NCBI GenBank assembly: GCA_016212585.1
Contig: JACRFU010000075.1
Span: 1-37,444, forward strand
From: Candidatus Magasanikiibacteriota bacterium
GTDB taxonomy: Bacteria; Patescibacteriota; Patescibacteriia; Magasanikbacterales; UBA10146
Length of the DNA stretch: 37,444 nucleotides
Direction: 5' to 3'
Shown here: in pieces, positions 35,854-37,444 of the stretch
How positions within the stretch are numbered: position 1 is the stretch's first letter
How the letters are laid out: every line of letters starts with the position of its first letter
Program-made: the position numbers and the translations under genes
Notes under the pieces: generated by a model
Told to the model about the DNA's origin: nothing
Database searches by the model: none
Seen by the model: only the letters and a program-made list of their open reading frames with translations

Positions 35854-37296
35854 TTATGGATTCTTGATTTCATCCCAAGAAATCACCTTGTACTCGGTTC
35901 CAACAGGAAACGCCGGCGGCGGACCGTAAGTGAGGTTGGCGTCATAGGTGGCGTTGGTATTTTTGTAGCCGGAAATCGTCGCGCCGCCGCCAGAAACCCA
36001 ACTCCATGTCCACACGCCATTGCTGATGACGCTTCCATACACCGTAAGGCTCGTCAAGATATTGCCCATATAATAAAACCTTTGCGCGCTGCCGTTTTGG
36101 GCGATGAGTGCCGCGTCTATCTCCATTGAAGCAGGTGAATAACGGGGCAACAAGACATCTTTTTGCGCCATCAAACCAAGAGCATCACTCCCGTCTTTTG
36201 TTGAATATACAATTGATTGCGGAATAATAATTGAAGTATAGGTGTTTTGATTCACCGGAAAACGACCGGAACCAATGGTCGCGCGGCCTTTGATGACGCC
36301 ATTGACCCATACTTGATCCTCAAAAAACATAAACCCATTGGAGGGAATGGCATAATTCCCTTGCGAGACCTCTGTTTTGATATCATACGATTCATAATGT
36401 TTCTTGCCATTGATATCCATACCCCACCCGGGCGAAGGCAGTGCGTTGAGCGCGGTTACTTTATACAAATTAAAAGTGCTGTTTTCTTGAAACACCACAT
36501 GATACCCGTATTTCCCTGAAGCGGATCGATAAAATCCGCCATTTTGCGCTCCTGTTTTTATTTTCGCAAGATCAATGGTAATGCCATTAAAATCAAACGC
36601 GGGAACCGGATACTTCCAGAAACTCTTAGGGCCTCCTGCACCCCACACACCGGGTTTGGTGGTGTTATTGCACCCAGACCCATGCATTGGCTGGCATTGA
36701 TAGGTTGATTTGGCGCTCGTAATAGGCGCGTCCGCCTGGCCGTCAAACCGTATGCCGCCGTTCGCGTGCAATTTACCGTGCACTACCTCGGTATTGCCAA
36801 TCCACACATCGCTATTGGTTAAAAAACTATAATCACTCAAAGACGGAAACCCAATACGCACTTTGAGCGTGCGTTTGTTTTTTTGGTTTGCAAGCGTGTA
36901 GCCGGTAGATTTGATGGTGATAACACTTCCCCCATTGGGCGGCGCGGTAATATCTAAACTAAATTTCCCTACGGCAGTGCCATTTTTATCTTTGTAATCA
37001 TGCACATATGGACCCGGCGCGCCGGTGCCGTCTTGCAAATCTGCCGAATCATGCGCCAAATGCCAGCGATAATAATTGATTCCGGCCTCCGCAATCTGAA
37101 ACGCGAGCTCGCTCTGATTCTTGGCACGCGCCGCCCTGTTTTCCATTACGGCAAAATTGGTCATGCCTATAACGAGCGTGGTGATTGCCATTGACCCAAA
37201 CACCAATACAATGAGCAAAATGTTGCCGCGCCGATGATGACGCAAATGCCTCAAAAAACTGTTTCGTAATTCACAAATTATGGAAAAAACGCGCAT
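35854..37296 (-). CDS. PilX/GspK-like minor type IV pilin-related protein
   Basis: RRG|NILLIVLVFG prepilin-like N-terminus, AFQIAEAGINY, ITIKSTGY, VHGKLHANG, terminal ISWDEI. Confidence 0.75.
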   Translation of the reverse strand: MRVFSIICELRNSFLRHLRHHRRGNILLIVLVFGSMAITTLVIGMTNFAVMENRAARAKNQSELAFQIAEAGINYYRWHLAHDSADLQDGTGAPGPYVHDYKDKNGTAVGKFSLDITAPPNGGSVITIKSTGYTLANQKNKRTLKVRIGFPSLSDYSFLTNSDVWIGNTEVVHGKLHANGGIRFDGQADAPITSAKSTYQCQPMHGSGCNNTTKPGVWGAGGPKSFWKYPVPAFDFNGITIDLAKIKTGAQNGGFYRSASGKYGYHVVFQENSTFNLYKVTALNALPSPGWGMDINGKKHYESYDIKTEVSQGNYAIPSNGFMFFEDQVWVNGVIKGRATIGSGRFPVNQNTYTSIIIPQSIVYSTKDGSDALGLMAQKDVLLPRYSPASMEIDAALIAQNGSAQRFYYMGNILTSLTVYGSVISNGVWTWSWVSGGGATISGYKNTNATYDANLTYGPPPAFPVGTEYKVISWDEIKNP

Positions 37297-37303
37297 ATAT
37301 TTA

Positions 37304-37444
37304 GGGTCTGTCGCCGAATGCGCTTTTGCAGTGAAACGCGCAGATTTCGAGACAAAATTATTGAATAAATTTTGAAGTTTAACAGCAGTTAAGCTGAAAA
37401 ATTTTGAAATAATTTTGTCCGAAAGATGTGCATTGCAGTCAAAA
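37304..37444 (+). repeat. Palindromic element family A, copy 5 (right end cut by window edge)
   Basis: Begins GGGTCTGTCGCCGAATGC, shared core; 7 bp from the PilX-like start codon. Confidence 0.93.

Noticed and set aside
1..37444. CRISPR array interpretation of the repeats
   Set aside because: Copies are ~160 bp and kilobases apart, with no repeat-spacer periodicity and no cas genes

Overview
Bacterial chromosomal segment whose gene content (CPR-type pilin array, pilin-transglycosylase fusion, XerC/D-type recombinase) suggests Candidate Phyla Radiation/Patescibacteria; this is inference. Left to right: tyrosine recombinase, tRNA-Arg(TCT), a RhuM/Fic-type remnant split by a 194-bp palindrome, tRNA-His(GTG), LtaS-family protein and malic enzyme. 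Next is a 15-kb, 19-gene minus-strand copper/thiol-redox cluster with two P1B ATPases, headed by a BlaI/CopY repressor and M56 peptidase with two matching operators and containing a separately promoted RcnR/CsoR module. Then come a UgtP-like glycosyltransferase, a Gln/Gly/Met-rich coiled-coil protein, a GT-C-like membrane protein, ten tandem pilin-like genes, a solute-binding lipoprotein, galU, an AAA ATPase, a pilin-SLT fusion and a PilX-like gene. The strongest unexplained signal is non-coding: five co-oriented ~160-bp rod-like palindromic elements with extensive compensatory changes and tandem GA motifs, plus a second palindrome family whose half-copy supplies the start codon and N-terminus of a pilin gene. 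All family assignments come from motif recognition by eye; no searches were run.
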